Assembly (NCBI GenBank): GCA_023645945.1
Contig: JALAIB010000031.1
Span: forward strand, 1 to 44,453
DNA: 44,453 bases
Reading direction: 5' to 3'
Source of the DNA: Diploschistes diacapsis
Lineage: Eukaryota
A program made the position numbers and the translations under genes. The notes under the pieces were generated by a model. It was not told the origin of the DNA. It saw nothing but the letters and a program-made list of their open reading frames with translations, and made no database searches. Below, in pieces: positions 33,426 through 44,453 of this stretch. Within the stretch, counting starts at the first letter, position 1, and every line of letters begins with the position of its first letter.

Positions 33426-36400
33426 ATGGTTGACGGTACCGGCGCCGACAGCCAGAGTTCTCTTCCCACACCAGTTACCACTAGCATTACAGACTTTGCC
33501 TTGCCTACTTCATCAGAACCCCAGCAGTCTTCGTGGGATACAGGTGGCGATGTTGCCGCAGCTTCCAAGGATTCGGGACGGTTATCCTCCTCTCCCACCG
33601 ACACCGGCTTCGGTCCTCTCAGGCCCAGCACTCAAGACCGAGTCTTCCCCATACGATCCGTTGTCTCCGTCGACGCAAACCTCACCCCTTCTCTTCCTTC
33701 CGACGATGGCGACAGTTTCCCGGGCGTGTCAGCGTCGAAGGAAACGGTACAGGCGCTAAAAAGGAGGTCTGATACAAGGAAGTACTCCAACGCCAGCATT
33801 CCTTCGGCAAGGTGTGCTTCTGAATCCAGTTATGGAGACACTAGCTCAAGGCATTCGAGGGTCACATCAAGGGAAAATTCCGTTATGGGGGATTTATCGA
33901 CCGACCGCACTTCACCTCTTCACTCCACAGCGCAAGACAACACAGCCTATGCCTCGGGCGACGATGACGATAGAAGAAGCAGAGACAGGCAAATGAACAT
34001 CGTGAGCGACGACCTCGGATCAGAAAGTGAGGTCGCGCCTTCGACGAAGAACGCCAGCGCATCTGTCAGGAGCGGTAGACCAGCGTCAATCAGGAGCTAT
34101 GCAGAAGACGGAGCGTTTGTGACTGCAAGGTTCAAGCACATCGTAACCGAGGAGGGTCATTTGGTAGTCACAGGACGTGGCGGTGATACTTTGCAGAGGT
34201 GTGAAGACGAACCCATACATATACCCGGCGCCATACAGAGCTTTGGTCTCTTAGTCGTACTGAGGGAAGAAGGTGATGGCAAGTTGAGCGTCCGCGTTGT
34301 GAGTGAAAATTCGAAGAGGATCATCGGCTATGCGCCCAAGCAGCTGTTCGCCTTGGAAAGCTTTTGCGACATCTTCTCCGATGATCAAGCGGATAACTTA
34401 CTCGACCATCTGGAATTTATCAAAGACGCAGATTCTGACCCTGCTTCCGACGGTCCCGCGGTTTTTACTCTGTCGGTGAGGTCTCCAGCCTCCAAAAGGT
34501 CGCTCAAGATGTGGTGTGCTATGCACATCAATCCCAAGAGCCCGGACATGATCATATGCGAATTCGAGCTGGAGAATGATCCTGAATTCCCTCTGATACC
34601 TCACGATGAGTTTGTCCCAGACAATCCGGAAAGCACTTTGCAGAGCAATCCAACAGCGGACGAACTTGCCGAGAGCACGAGCAACCTCAGCAAACCTTTA
34701 CGCGTATTACGAAGTGCCCGAAGGAAGAATGGTGATGCCGCTGCGATGGAAGTTTTCAATATCCTGTCTCAGGTCCAGGAGCAGCTCGCTGCAGCCCCGA
34801 GTCTTGAAGCCTTTCTCAAGATACTGGTCGGCGTCGTCAAGGAGCTAACGGGGTTCCATCGTGTGATGGTATACCAGTTCGACACGGAATGGAATGGCAG
34901 AGTGGTCACAGAGCTGGTGGATCCACGCGCCACCAAGGATCTTTATAAGGGCCTTAATTTTCCCGCCTCCGACATCCCGAAGCAAGCCCGAGATCTGTAC
35001 AAGATTAACAAGGTGCGCTTGCTATATGACAGGGACCATGAGACCGCCAGGCTCGTATGCAGAACCATGGAAGACCTTGAGGACCCAATCGATATGTCAT
35101 ATGCTTACCTTCGAGCCATGTCACCCATACACATCAAATATCTCGCCAACATGGCCGTCCGATCTTCGATGTCCATATCTATCAATGCGTTCAGCGAGCT
35201 CTGGGGGCTGATTTCCTGCCACTCGTACGGTCCCAAAGGCATGCGGGTATCGTTTCCCATACGAAAGATGTGCAGATTAATTGGGGACTCGGCGTCTAGG
35301 AACATTGAAAGATTATCCTACGCATCGAGGTTGCAGGCTAGGAAGCTCATTAACACACTACCCACAGCTAAAAATTCCTCCGGCTACATCATCGCTTCGT
35401 CCGAAGACCTGCTTGCTTTATTCAGCGCCGATTACGGACTATTATCGATTCGAGACGAGATCAAAATACTCGGAAACCTCGGTCCAACCCAGGAAGCGCT
35501 AGCGCTAGTCGAGTACCTCCGTCTACGGAAACCAATATCCGTATTTACCTCTCAGGATATCCGCTTTGACTTCCCAGATTTGCGGTATGAGCCAGGATTC
35601 AGGGTCATCGCAGGCCTTTTGCTCGTACCGTTGTCTGCGGGTGGAGACGACTTTATCGTAAGGTTATTACCGCAACCCTTTACGCCAATACTAACCTTGC
35701 TCAGGTATTTTTTCGCAAGGGTCAACTTCGTGAAGTTAAGTGGGCGGGCAATCCACACGAAAAATTTATCAAGGAAGGTACCGAGGGCTACCTCGAGCCG
35801 AGGAAGAGCTTCAAGACGTGGAGCGAGACGGTCGTCGGTAAATGCAAGGAATGGACAGAAGAGCAGATCGAGACCGCGGCGGTCCTGTGTTTGGTTTATG
35901 GAAAGTTCATCGATGTATGGCGCCAGAAGGAGGCGGCGCTGCAGAGCACCCAACTCACCCGCTTGCTTCTTGCGAACTCGGCCCACGAGGTCAGGACGCC
36001 GCTGAATGCCATTATCAACTATCTTGAAATAGCGATGGAAGGTGTGCTCGACCCGGAGATGCGAGAAAACCTATCCAAGTCCCACTCTGCCTCAAAGTCC
36101 CTGATCTACGTAATAAACGATCTGCTCGATTTGACAAAGACAGAGCAAGGAAACGAGTTGGTCAGAGACGATGTCTTCGATCTTCCCGCCACCGTCAAAG
36201 AAGCTACCGACATGTTTGCCAACGACGCCAAACGCAAGAAACTAACGTACGATGTAATTGTCAACCAGGGAGTTCCACAGAACGTGGTTGGCGATCAGAG
36301 GAGGGTACGGCAGGTCATATCGAACGTCACGGCCAACGCGATCCAGCACACGTCAACAGGCTTTGTCAGAATCGAGCTGTGGCTCGCCCGCAGCGAAGGA

Positions 36401-37990
36401 CAGCATGCCGACATAGACATTGTGATCCAGGATACCGGAGTCGGCATGTCAACCAAAAAGTTGGATGAGCTCTTCATGCAGCTTGAGCAGGTGCAAAGTG
36501 AGGAGGTAGAAGATTTGCTCGAGAAATCAAGTTCATCAATCAAAGCCATTGGTCCTACGAGAACCGAAAGTAGTACGCTCGGTCTTGGGCTTGCTGTGGT
36601 CAGCCGCATCATACGAAACATGAACGGTCAGCTTCGTCTCAAGTCGGAAGAAGGCGTGGGATCGCGCTTCGTTATCCAACTGGGGTTTGATCTGCCTTCT
36701 GCGGGCGAGAAGGGCGAGCTGACCGAGGCCCCCGCTGCAGGGACGACGACAGCGTTGTCTCATCCCACGACGCCACCAGCGACCGAGGACGAGGTTATGC
36801 TGGTAGCTAAAACGAACGAGATGGTTGAGAAGCTCCATCCCAACGCCACCTGTCGAGGCAGTCGCGGAAGCATGAACAGCATGAAAAGCACGGCCAGCCT
36901 ACAGAGCTTCAAAAGTACTTCCAGCGGCAGGAGCGATGTCGATCGTCTCATCGAGGCCATTCAGGAGCCGCACATGGTGAGCTCCGCTTCGGTCAAGTCC
37001 CCCTCTGGAAGCATGCGACGGAAGTCGAGCCACGGGTCATTGTCAAGGCCTTCTTTCAAGCGGAACAATTCTTATACGCTTGAACCCACAAGGTTCAATC
37101 CACCCGCGCCGGGCGAAGCTCTCGTAGCAGATCAAGGCACTCCCATCAAGCCCATCCGTATCCAGGAAGACGACGAAGAGATGCCGGCGCCCCCCTCGGA
37201 TAGCCGGTCAAAGGCTCGGGTGTCGTTTGAAGTAGCCGCGGAAAAGGCCCGAAAGCCGAAAGCTCTGAGTGGCGATCATCTGAACGTCCTTGTGGCCGAA
37301 GACGACCCCATTAACAGCAAGATCATCACCAAGCGTCTCGAAAAGTTTGGTCACAAGGTCTACTGCACGGTCAACGGCGAGGAGTGCTCTTCTGCCTATG
37401 GAGAAAGGCACGGCTTTTACGACGTCGTGCTCATGGACATGCAGGTAAGTTTGCTTCGCAATGCATTTGGCCGTTTTCTAATGCCTATTCAGATGCCTAT
37501 AGTAGACGGCCTGACATCCACCAAGATGATACGCTCCTACGAGAAAACCCATCCACGAGAAATCCTATCCGAGCGCGCCGCAAAGAACGGACGCATTCCC
37601 ATCGTCGCGGTATCGGCATCTCTGGTGGAGAAGGAGCGGCAAAAGTACGTCGACAGCGGCTTCGACGGCTGGATCCTCAAGCCCATCGACTTCAAGCGGC
37701 TCAGCGTGCTGTTGAACGCCATCGTCGACGACGCCGTGCGCGAGAGCTGCCTGTACGAGCCCGGGCAGTGGGAGAGCGGCGGGTGGTTTGCGCCGAGGCA
37801 GCCCGACCTCTTCGCTCCCTCGGCCACGAAGCCCGACTCGGAGAACAGGGTCGGTAGCGGTGCCCCCGTGCGGTCTTTCCCGGTTCATGGCGGGGAGGAT
37901 CCGCTTGATGACGAGATCTCGAGGGAGCAGAGGCGGTTGGGCGGGCTGGAGAAGACGGCGACGAAGGATGCGTCTAGGCCGGAACGATGA
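33426..37990 (+). CDS. fphA: Fungal phytochrome (PAS-GAF-PHY-histidine kinase-receiver), ~1489 aa, 3 exons (33426-35657, 35705-37444, 37493-37990)
   Basis: Bilin-attachment RCEDEPIHIPGAIQ, GFHRVMVYQF, PASDIPKQAR, AMSPIHIKYLANM, WAGNP, PRKSF, H-box SAHEVRTPLN, ATPase NAIQHT/DTGVG/GLGLA, and receiver VAEDD..VLMDMQMP..LKP. Introns 35658-35704 and 37445-37492. Confidence 0.96.
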
Positions 37991-39225
37991 GGGGACGATT
38001 TTCTGGGAGGTTTTGCATGTCGGTTCTTTTTACGTGGCTTAGATGGGTGCTCTGTAGCGAGGCGTTGGGATGCGCTGTGCATCGGGCTCGCCTTTTCAGT
38101 GGGGCCACACTAGGCTTTTCCGCTCGGGGGTATACATAGCATGGATTGGCAAGATTTCACGTCTGGACTCTATGGTCTTGGGCATGCCTTAGTGAGCGGG
38201 TGTAGCGAGGAAGCACAGTTTCACAGTGAGGGAGAGCTATGGAAGGAGGTAAAGAAAGAGAGGTGGGAAGGGGAGACCGGGACCATCACGGCTCGATTGC
38301 AAAGAGAGGAACAAGTTGGCGCGGCGGCCCGTTCATGTACATATTCAGGAAGGCCGGGGAGGCTGGGGCGTGACGACGACTACCGCTATAGTATTAAAGT
38401 AAGAACACGAATGAAGAATCAGAATAAGAACGAAAACAATGCTGGTCCAGAGGCAAAATGTGCTTTTATAAAAGATTTTTTTCGCTTTAACAACTCATTA
38501 GTTGGGGTGGTGCATACTAAATCTATTAGACTATACTAACCCGGGTAATCGAATAGCAATTAATTACCGAGTAGCAGCAAGTCATGTTTGCAGCAGTTGA
38601 TCCGGATTCACCACAACTCCTTGCTGTCCGACGACTTCAAAGCGAAAAGATGCTAGACATGCATGCTGGTTAGTACTGATAGCTAGCTGTTGGCAATTCC
38701 CACTGACAGTACTTCCTTGTTCCCGGTATCGGGTATCGGGTAGCCTCGCGGTTCCAAAGTCACCCATATACCTTTTCGTGCCTATAGCATGAAGGATCAC
38801 TAAGCACCATCATCTCCAACCAGCTCGAGGCCACCTCGGACTCTCGTACCTACATTGTACCCGCCATAGGTTGCATCAGGCATGGATGGCTGGCTGGCCC
38901 GGCCCCGCTTGGGCTTGGGCTTCGGGTATGTTAGCGGGATTTGCCTGCTTTGACGTGAATTCATCCGGCAGAGCACTGGCTGCTGCTGCTGCTGTTGCGT
39001 ATGCAAGTACTCGGATGGCTTCGCTCTTCCAGAAACATCGACATCTTTTCCCCGTGTAGCGACATGGCTGCCACCAGCAGCATGGTAAGGGCAGGATAAA
39101 GCACTGTAGGTATATAGTCTTCTCGTTACGTCTTCTCTATCGCTCCGTTCTCTCCAGATCCTCATTCCCTTATTTCTGTTGTTGTTTCATCTTCCAAAGA
39201 CCCCATTCAAAGAAATATTGCCAAT

Positions 39226-41020
39226 ATGTTGGACTACAGATTTGACTTTTCTGCTGCCGCCCCTCAACTCAAACGGTTCCCGCCGTCAGGCATCAATGTC
39301 TTGATTTGCGGCGGAGGACTTGGTGGCATGTTTGCTGCCATCCAATGCTACCGCAAGGGTCACAACGTCAAGGTCGTCGAATCAGCCAAGGGCTTCGACA
39401 ATAACGGTATGTTGCTCCTGGCGAATTCCTCGCCGCGAGTTGCTAATCGCACCTAGGCGGTATCATCCGCCTCGGTAGCTCGATCGTCGATCATGTCCAT
39501 GTTTTCCCTGGCCTTTACGAAGCTTTCGAGCTCATGGACCATGACAGTGTCTACACAATATTCGCCTCCGATGGTGATGTTATCATAGACCCGATGGTTT
39601 TACCCAAGCAAGGAGGAAAGGGCGGTTCTGGAGTAAACGTCCATCGAGCCTGGCTCAACCGGTGTCTTTACGAGTACGCGCGAGCATTGGGCATCGAAGT
39701 CGCGTTCGATACTCGAATCGTTTCCTACTTCGATGACGGCGAGAAAGGTGGCTGTGTCTCCAAAACCGGCGAGAAGTTCGAGGCGGATATCGTCGTAGCA
39801 GCCGATGGCATTGCCTCTCGTTCAGGCGACCTGATCATGAACGAAGGGACGGATGTTGTTACAAAGAGCAGCGGCTATGCTGTTTTCAGGTCCACCTATC
39901 CTGCTAGTAAGGTTTTCAACGTCTTATTTCGCGACTTCACTCACAATCTCCTCTGCAGAGGAAGCTTACAAGATCGAGAACAGTAAGCCTCCCTAAGAGA
40001 AGCTGAAATTTGAAATGTTGATCACCCCATGCCAGTCGAGAAGGGCTTCTCCCCAAAGACACCTGGAACGGGCGTCATGCAACGCTGGTTAGCCAAAGAC
40101 GGTTACGCTATGATCTTGACCAACGACGAGGTCATTAACTTTCACATGTAAGCTTTGCTCTTGCGGGGCTCTCCGCACACCCCTAATCATCTCGAAGCAT
40201 TCATCCCGATGAAGGCGGCGCTACAGAGCGATGGGACCAGAAGTAGGTTTTGTCTGCAACTTCCGCCTACTTTCGTGCTAAGGAAGCATACAGAACTACC
40301 AAAGACAAGATTCTACTCTATCTGGACGCCGGATCCTGGTCGCAGGACATTCGAAACTTGGTCCTGGCGGCACCCGACGACGCCATATTCGACTGGCGCC
40401 TCATGTTCCGCAACCCCAAGCCCAACTGGGTCTCCGAACACGGACACGTAGTGCAGCTCGGCGACGCGGCCCATACTTTCCTACCCAGCAGCGTGAACGG
40501 CGCGACGCAGGCCCTGGAGGATGGCGTGTACCTTGCAGCTTGCTTGCAGCTCGCGAGTAAATCCCAAATAGCGCTCGGGGCGAGGGTGTACAACAAACTT
40601 CGGTAATTTGGCTCCATCCTCCCAAAGGGCTCAATCAGCTGCTAACACAGACGCAGGTTCGAGCGCACGTCCTGCGCCCAGAAATTCGGCTTTAAGAATA
40701 GGGATGTATGGATCGGCCTGCCGAGAGAGGAAGTGAAGGGGAAACTCAAGGCCACTGAAGGGACCTGGATCTATAAGCATAATCCCGAGGCATATACGTA
40801 CGAAAAGTACGGATCGTGCGTTAACCACTTGATTGCGGGGACTCCGTTCAAGAACGAGTGAGTCGCGTCGCGCTCGCTTGCGTAAGAAGATGTGAGAAGG
40901 CAGTTAAGAGCTGACCGGTCAAAGCAACCTTCCTCCAGGACACAAATACGTACCATGGACGATGGAGACTTTCATGAGCGGCAAGGGACGTGACGAGCCT
41001 GAGACTGGGGACTGGAATTG
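39226..41020 (+). CDS. FAD-dependent aromatic monooxygenase (salicylate hydroxylase/MAK1-like), 8 exons (39226-39406, 39457-39906, 39959-39982, 40036-40147, 40198-40242, 40294-40602, 40657-40857, 40925-41020)
   Basis: GGGLGG Rossmann motif, VAADGIAS, LGDAAHTFLPSSVNGATQALEDG, LRFERTSCAQK and NLPPGHKYVPWT. Seven GT..AG introns splice to a continuous frame ending at TGA 41018-41020. Confidence 0.9.
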
Positions 41021-41990
41021 ATTTGGTGTTTCGGCTCAGAGGGTAAGGAAGGCTGGACTGCCACCCGATGGACCGTTGTAATGACTGACGAAAGGCTAGA
41101 CTAGGAAGCAGTGTATCATTCATTGTAGGGGGCTTTGACTAGACCGTGTTGCATATTGGTCTCTTTGCATGGGCGATCTCGGTGCTTTTTGGCAAACCTT
41201 GAAACGCTCGTTCGTGTTGCAGCCTTTTTTGGGTGCTTATTCAACTGTGTAAGTCCATACATAGCCTGTTGTATTAGATAGATAGATACCTACTCTTTCT
41301 CCTTGATGGTATGACCATCAAGCGCATTCCCCTTTGTTTACCCATTTCGCGGCGTTAGTAGGAAGGGCAGGTATTGACAGTATCACGTCCACAACACGTT
41401 GCTATCACTTATCTTGCCACGTAGTCACGTGGTGGGTGGCTCCAAAAGTCCCCATGTTTTCATTCCCACTTCAACCTTTTTTTCATCATCTTCTTACCTA
41501 TCACGCTCATTTGTTCCCAACGACAAGAAGCAATGGCTCACGAGCAGGAAAAGGAGGCTTCGTTCATTAAGCAGCACCACTATACTATATGAAATACCTT
41601 GCAGCATGAAAACATCACAACCGGCGCGCCGTCGACGGCATCTCCTTTTTTCAGCTATGCTATATACTTCCGCTCTATTTTGCGGATAGTTTTGTGTTTT
41701 CTTTCCCATAATATTTCGAGATGTGATGCATGTTACTGTTATAATGGCGTTTAAGTCCCTTCGTGTAGAGGACTTAAAGCTAAGCTATCCGAGTTCCATT
41801 GTTTGCGAGGACGGACAAGGCCTTTGTCCGAGTTCTGAGCGCTTTATGTATACATACATACAAGATGCATTCTTCTAAACATCTCGAACACAATTACAAG
41901 TTCTTGTTTCCATATCTACTATTTATCCTCCCACTGTCCTGCCTCCCAACCTTCTCTATCTCTCCACATGCTCATCAACCGCCGACCTCC

Positions 41991-43376
41991 ATGCCAGCCC
42001 TTCGGACTAGGGACACGCGAAACCAGCGCAGGCCTGGGATTCGTGATACTGTAAGCGCACTTTCCCCCTGTTACCTAAGAGAACACTGAATGCTAACACA
42101 GTTCCGCCAGATTGCCAACTGGCTAAGATCCTTCCATGTTAGAAGACAGCCCACGCAACAAGAAACCATGTCCGATAGCGACAACGACAACGACAACGAC
42201 AACAACGGCAGCGGCAGCGGCAGCGGCAGCGCAACCACCGTCGTGGTTCGCCCTCCCCCTTCTCATAACTCCCATGTTCCTACCCGTAACCACCGCGGAG
42301 CTTTTGCGGTACCACCACCAACCCGCCGCACGCCCCGCACTTCACAGATACTAACCGTCCTTGCCAGCATCGACGCCAGCGAATCCGACCATCACGAAAT
42401 CGACGGAGGCGAAGGAAAGCATGTTGATGTCGTTGTCCACAACGGCACTCTCACCGAATGTGCGGTCCTCAATCTCCTATCGGATAACGTGTGGTTTCCT
42501 CTCATGCAGTCCTTTCCCAGGTCATTACTACATTGGGTAAACGAGATCGCGGTACGGGATTTGCTCGGCGTGCAGCGAGCAATGTGGCAGACCAAGCAGC
42601 AGGGACTCCTGTCCATCTTACCTTCTTATTCTTCCTCATTATCCTCTCCCTCCTGCCCGTTTTCACCCTTTCCGCCCTCATCCTTCTCTGGCTCTAGCAC
42701 CGATCGAAAAGAAGAAGCAAGAGACGATTGCTACATTTGCCTGGAACCCCTATTTTCTCTGCACCCTTGCAAGAACTGCAAGAACGGCCATACCTCCCAT
42801 AGCTCACCACGAAGCATCGTCGAGACTCCTTGCGCTCACATGTTTCACCGCGCGTGCTTGAAGCAGTGGCTGTTAATGAAGGGCAATGCGGCGACGTGTC
42901 CGACCTGCCGTGCCGGGCCCATACGGGGCGTTTACTATCCGCTTTGGAGGAAGGTCGGTGACGGACCGGTGCAGAAACAGAAGAAGAAGACGGAGCAGGG
43001 TGGTGGCAACAGCAAAAAAGTGGGAAAGGAAGATGATGGTGGTTTGGAGAACGTGGACGAAGATAGCAACGACGAGCGCCACGCCAGCGCCCTCGGCGCC
43101 TCTGGCGCGGGGATGGATTCGGGCGAGGGTAAGTACGCGGGCGGCATGCTGCTCTTCGCATACTATACCCCGCGCGGTTGGAACGTCTTGACGCTGCGGT
43201 TTTTGACGCCGGCTGGCGATTATGGCAGCGGCGGCGGTGGAGGAGGAGGAGGAGGAGGAGGAAAGTGGAGTATCGTGCACGTGCAGCTGGGGACTGCGGT
43301 GTACGAGGGTGTTGTGAGCACTTTGGGGGTTAGACGAATCAGCGAAGTGGCGTGGAGGACGGGGAATGTCGTTTAG
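41991..43376 (+). CDS. RING-H2 zinc finger protein (putative E3 ubiquitin ligase), 2 exons (41991-42050, 42102 or 42111-43376)
   Basis: CYIC...PCAHMFHRACLKQWL...CPTC fits C3H2C3. The intron reads GTAAGC..GCTAAC..CAG, with two in-frame acceptor options. Low-complexity DN, GS and poly-G tracts. Confidence 0.8.
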
Positions 43377-44055
43377 GTGCAAGATGAGTAGAGTCCCTTT
43401 GTTCGGGGTGTTTGGTCGGTTGAGGACATCCGGGTGGTGTGGCTTTCATGCATGCGCAAAGAAGAGAATTGTTCAGATGTCGGAATTCGATGGGCTTATA
43501 TTGACTTCTCCCAGATGGGAGGAAGGTCTTGCACAGATGGCGGGAGTATATTCACGTTGCGCGCATCACCGGCAGAAGAAGAGGGTGGGAAGACTGAGCC
43601 GAGTCCAATCAATCCATACTTTTTCAGCATGCTTGACGGTCTGCACTGGCTGCGTATGCTCGAAGCTTGACGCCTGTGTTTTGCGTCATGATTGTGAGCA
43701 GAGCCCCGGCACTACTTTCCTGGACGACGTTTCTCCAAAGGTTATGGTGCTAAACGCTAGCAGCAACGGGTCGAAGAAACTGTGCTTACGGAGCGGCAGA
43801 TGCTTGTGCACGTAAAGGCATCACGGGCTGTTCGTGACTTGGGTAGGTAATGTGCAAACGACTCTATTTATTCAAGCAAACTTTCACGAATCAAGCATCC
43901 GGTCGATCGACAACTGCATTCTCCCGCATCCCATCTCTCGAACGGCAGATCAGACACCCTCAAAAAAAATTTCAATTCCATAACTTGCCCAAGCCTCTTT
44001 GTTCGATCGCCGCGCCAGCCCCTCAACCGCAACCCACCATTCACCACGCCCTCCC

Positions 44056-44076
44056 AAAAAAAAAAAAAAAAAAAAA
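44056..44076. repeat. Poly(A)/poly(T) tract (~21 nt) immediately 3' of the last gene
   Basis: Read directly from the sequence. Confidence 0.9.
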
Positions 44077-44084
44077 GAAACCCC

Positions 44085-44429
44085 TCACAAGAGCGCCGCC
44101 GCGCCCGCCAACCCCGCCAGCGCGCCCGCCAGCACCGGGCCCTTGGTGACGAGCGCGGGGGCCGCGCCAGCCTTGCTGGCCGCGTTGGTGCTCAGGCCCA
44201 TGACGCTCGAGTAGTCGGTCTGGGTGAGCGGGACGACGGTGGCGCAGCTGCCCAGCGGGATCGAGACGAGGTCGCTGGCCGTGCCGAAGGGGAAGCCGGA
44301 CGGCTGGCTCAGCGTGAAGGACCCGCCCTTGCAGCACGCGTCGGACCCGTCCGACGCCGTGGTCTGCGTGCCCAGGCAGCAGACGCCGTTGATCATGGCC
44401 ACGGCGCCGCCGTTGGGGGCGCTGCATTG
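44085..44429 (-). CDS. Last exon of a Cys-rich, probably GPI-anchored extracellular protein; 5' part lies outside the window
   Basis: After GCTAAC-polyC-CAG the exon reads QCSAPNGGAVAMINGVCCLGTQTTASDGSDACCKGG...SCATVV...STNAASKAGAAPALVTKGPVLAGALAGLAGAAALL*. It has CC doublets, a small-residue omega region and a hydrophobic tail. Confidence 0.75.
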   Translation of the reverse strand, partial: QCSAPNGGAVAMINGVCCLGTQTTASDGSDACCKGGSFTLSQPSGFPFGTASDLVSIPLGSCATVVPLTQTDYSSVMGLSTNAASKAGAAPALVTKGPVLAGALAGLAGAAALL

Positions 44430-44453
44430 CTGCGTGGGGGGGGGGGGTTAGCG

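Noticed and set aside
35658..36005. Apparent split or frameshift of the phytochrome into two overlapping ORFs
   Set aside because: Fully explained by the canonical 47-nt intron 35658-35704.
42180..42231. GACAAC and GGCAGC hexamer repeats
   Set aside because: Ordinary coding microsatellites (DN and GS tracts) inside the RING gene, not an array.
39226..43376. Secondary-metabolite cluster around the FAD monooxygenase
   Set aside because: No PKS, NRPS, terpene cyclase, DUF3328/UstY oxidase or transporter in the window; the neighbours are unrelated genes.

Overview
Gene-dense nuclear DNA of a filamentous ascomycete (Pezizomycotina-type, with short ~46-70 nt GT-AG introns and CTAAC/CTGAC branch sites). 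I built the gene models by splicing the sequence by hand. In order: 3' end of mitochondrial ribosomal protein MRPL20, a DUF2434-like membrane protein, an Slm1-like BAR-PH protein, cytosolic threonyl-tRNA synthetase (one GC-AG intron), GAR1, SEC14, a small secreted Kex2-site cysteine-rich peptide precursor missing from the ORF track, a degraded coding-like stretch, a 5-exon orphan gene, a flavin monooxygenase pseudogene next to an FMN alpha-hydroxy-acid oxidase and an HSL-family esterase, a PPR protein, a RIP-like relic, proteasome alpha1, a conserved hypothetical protein, a full fungal phytochrome, an 8-exon FAD monooxygenase, a RING-H2 protein and the last exon of a GPI-type Cys-rich protein. 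The best novelty candidate is the 105-aa precursor at 13825-14189 (minus strand). It is predicted to release two related disulfide-rich peptides. All family assignments come from motif recognition by eye; no database searches were run.
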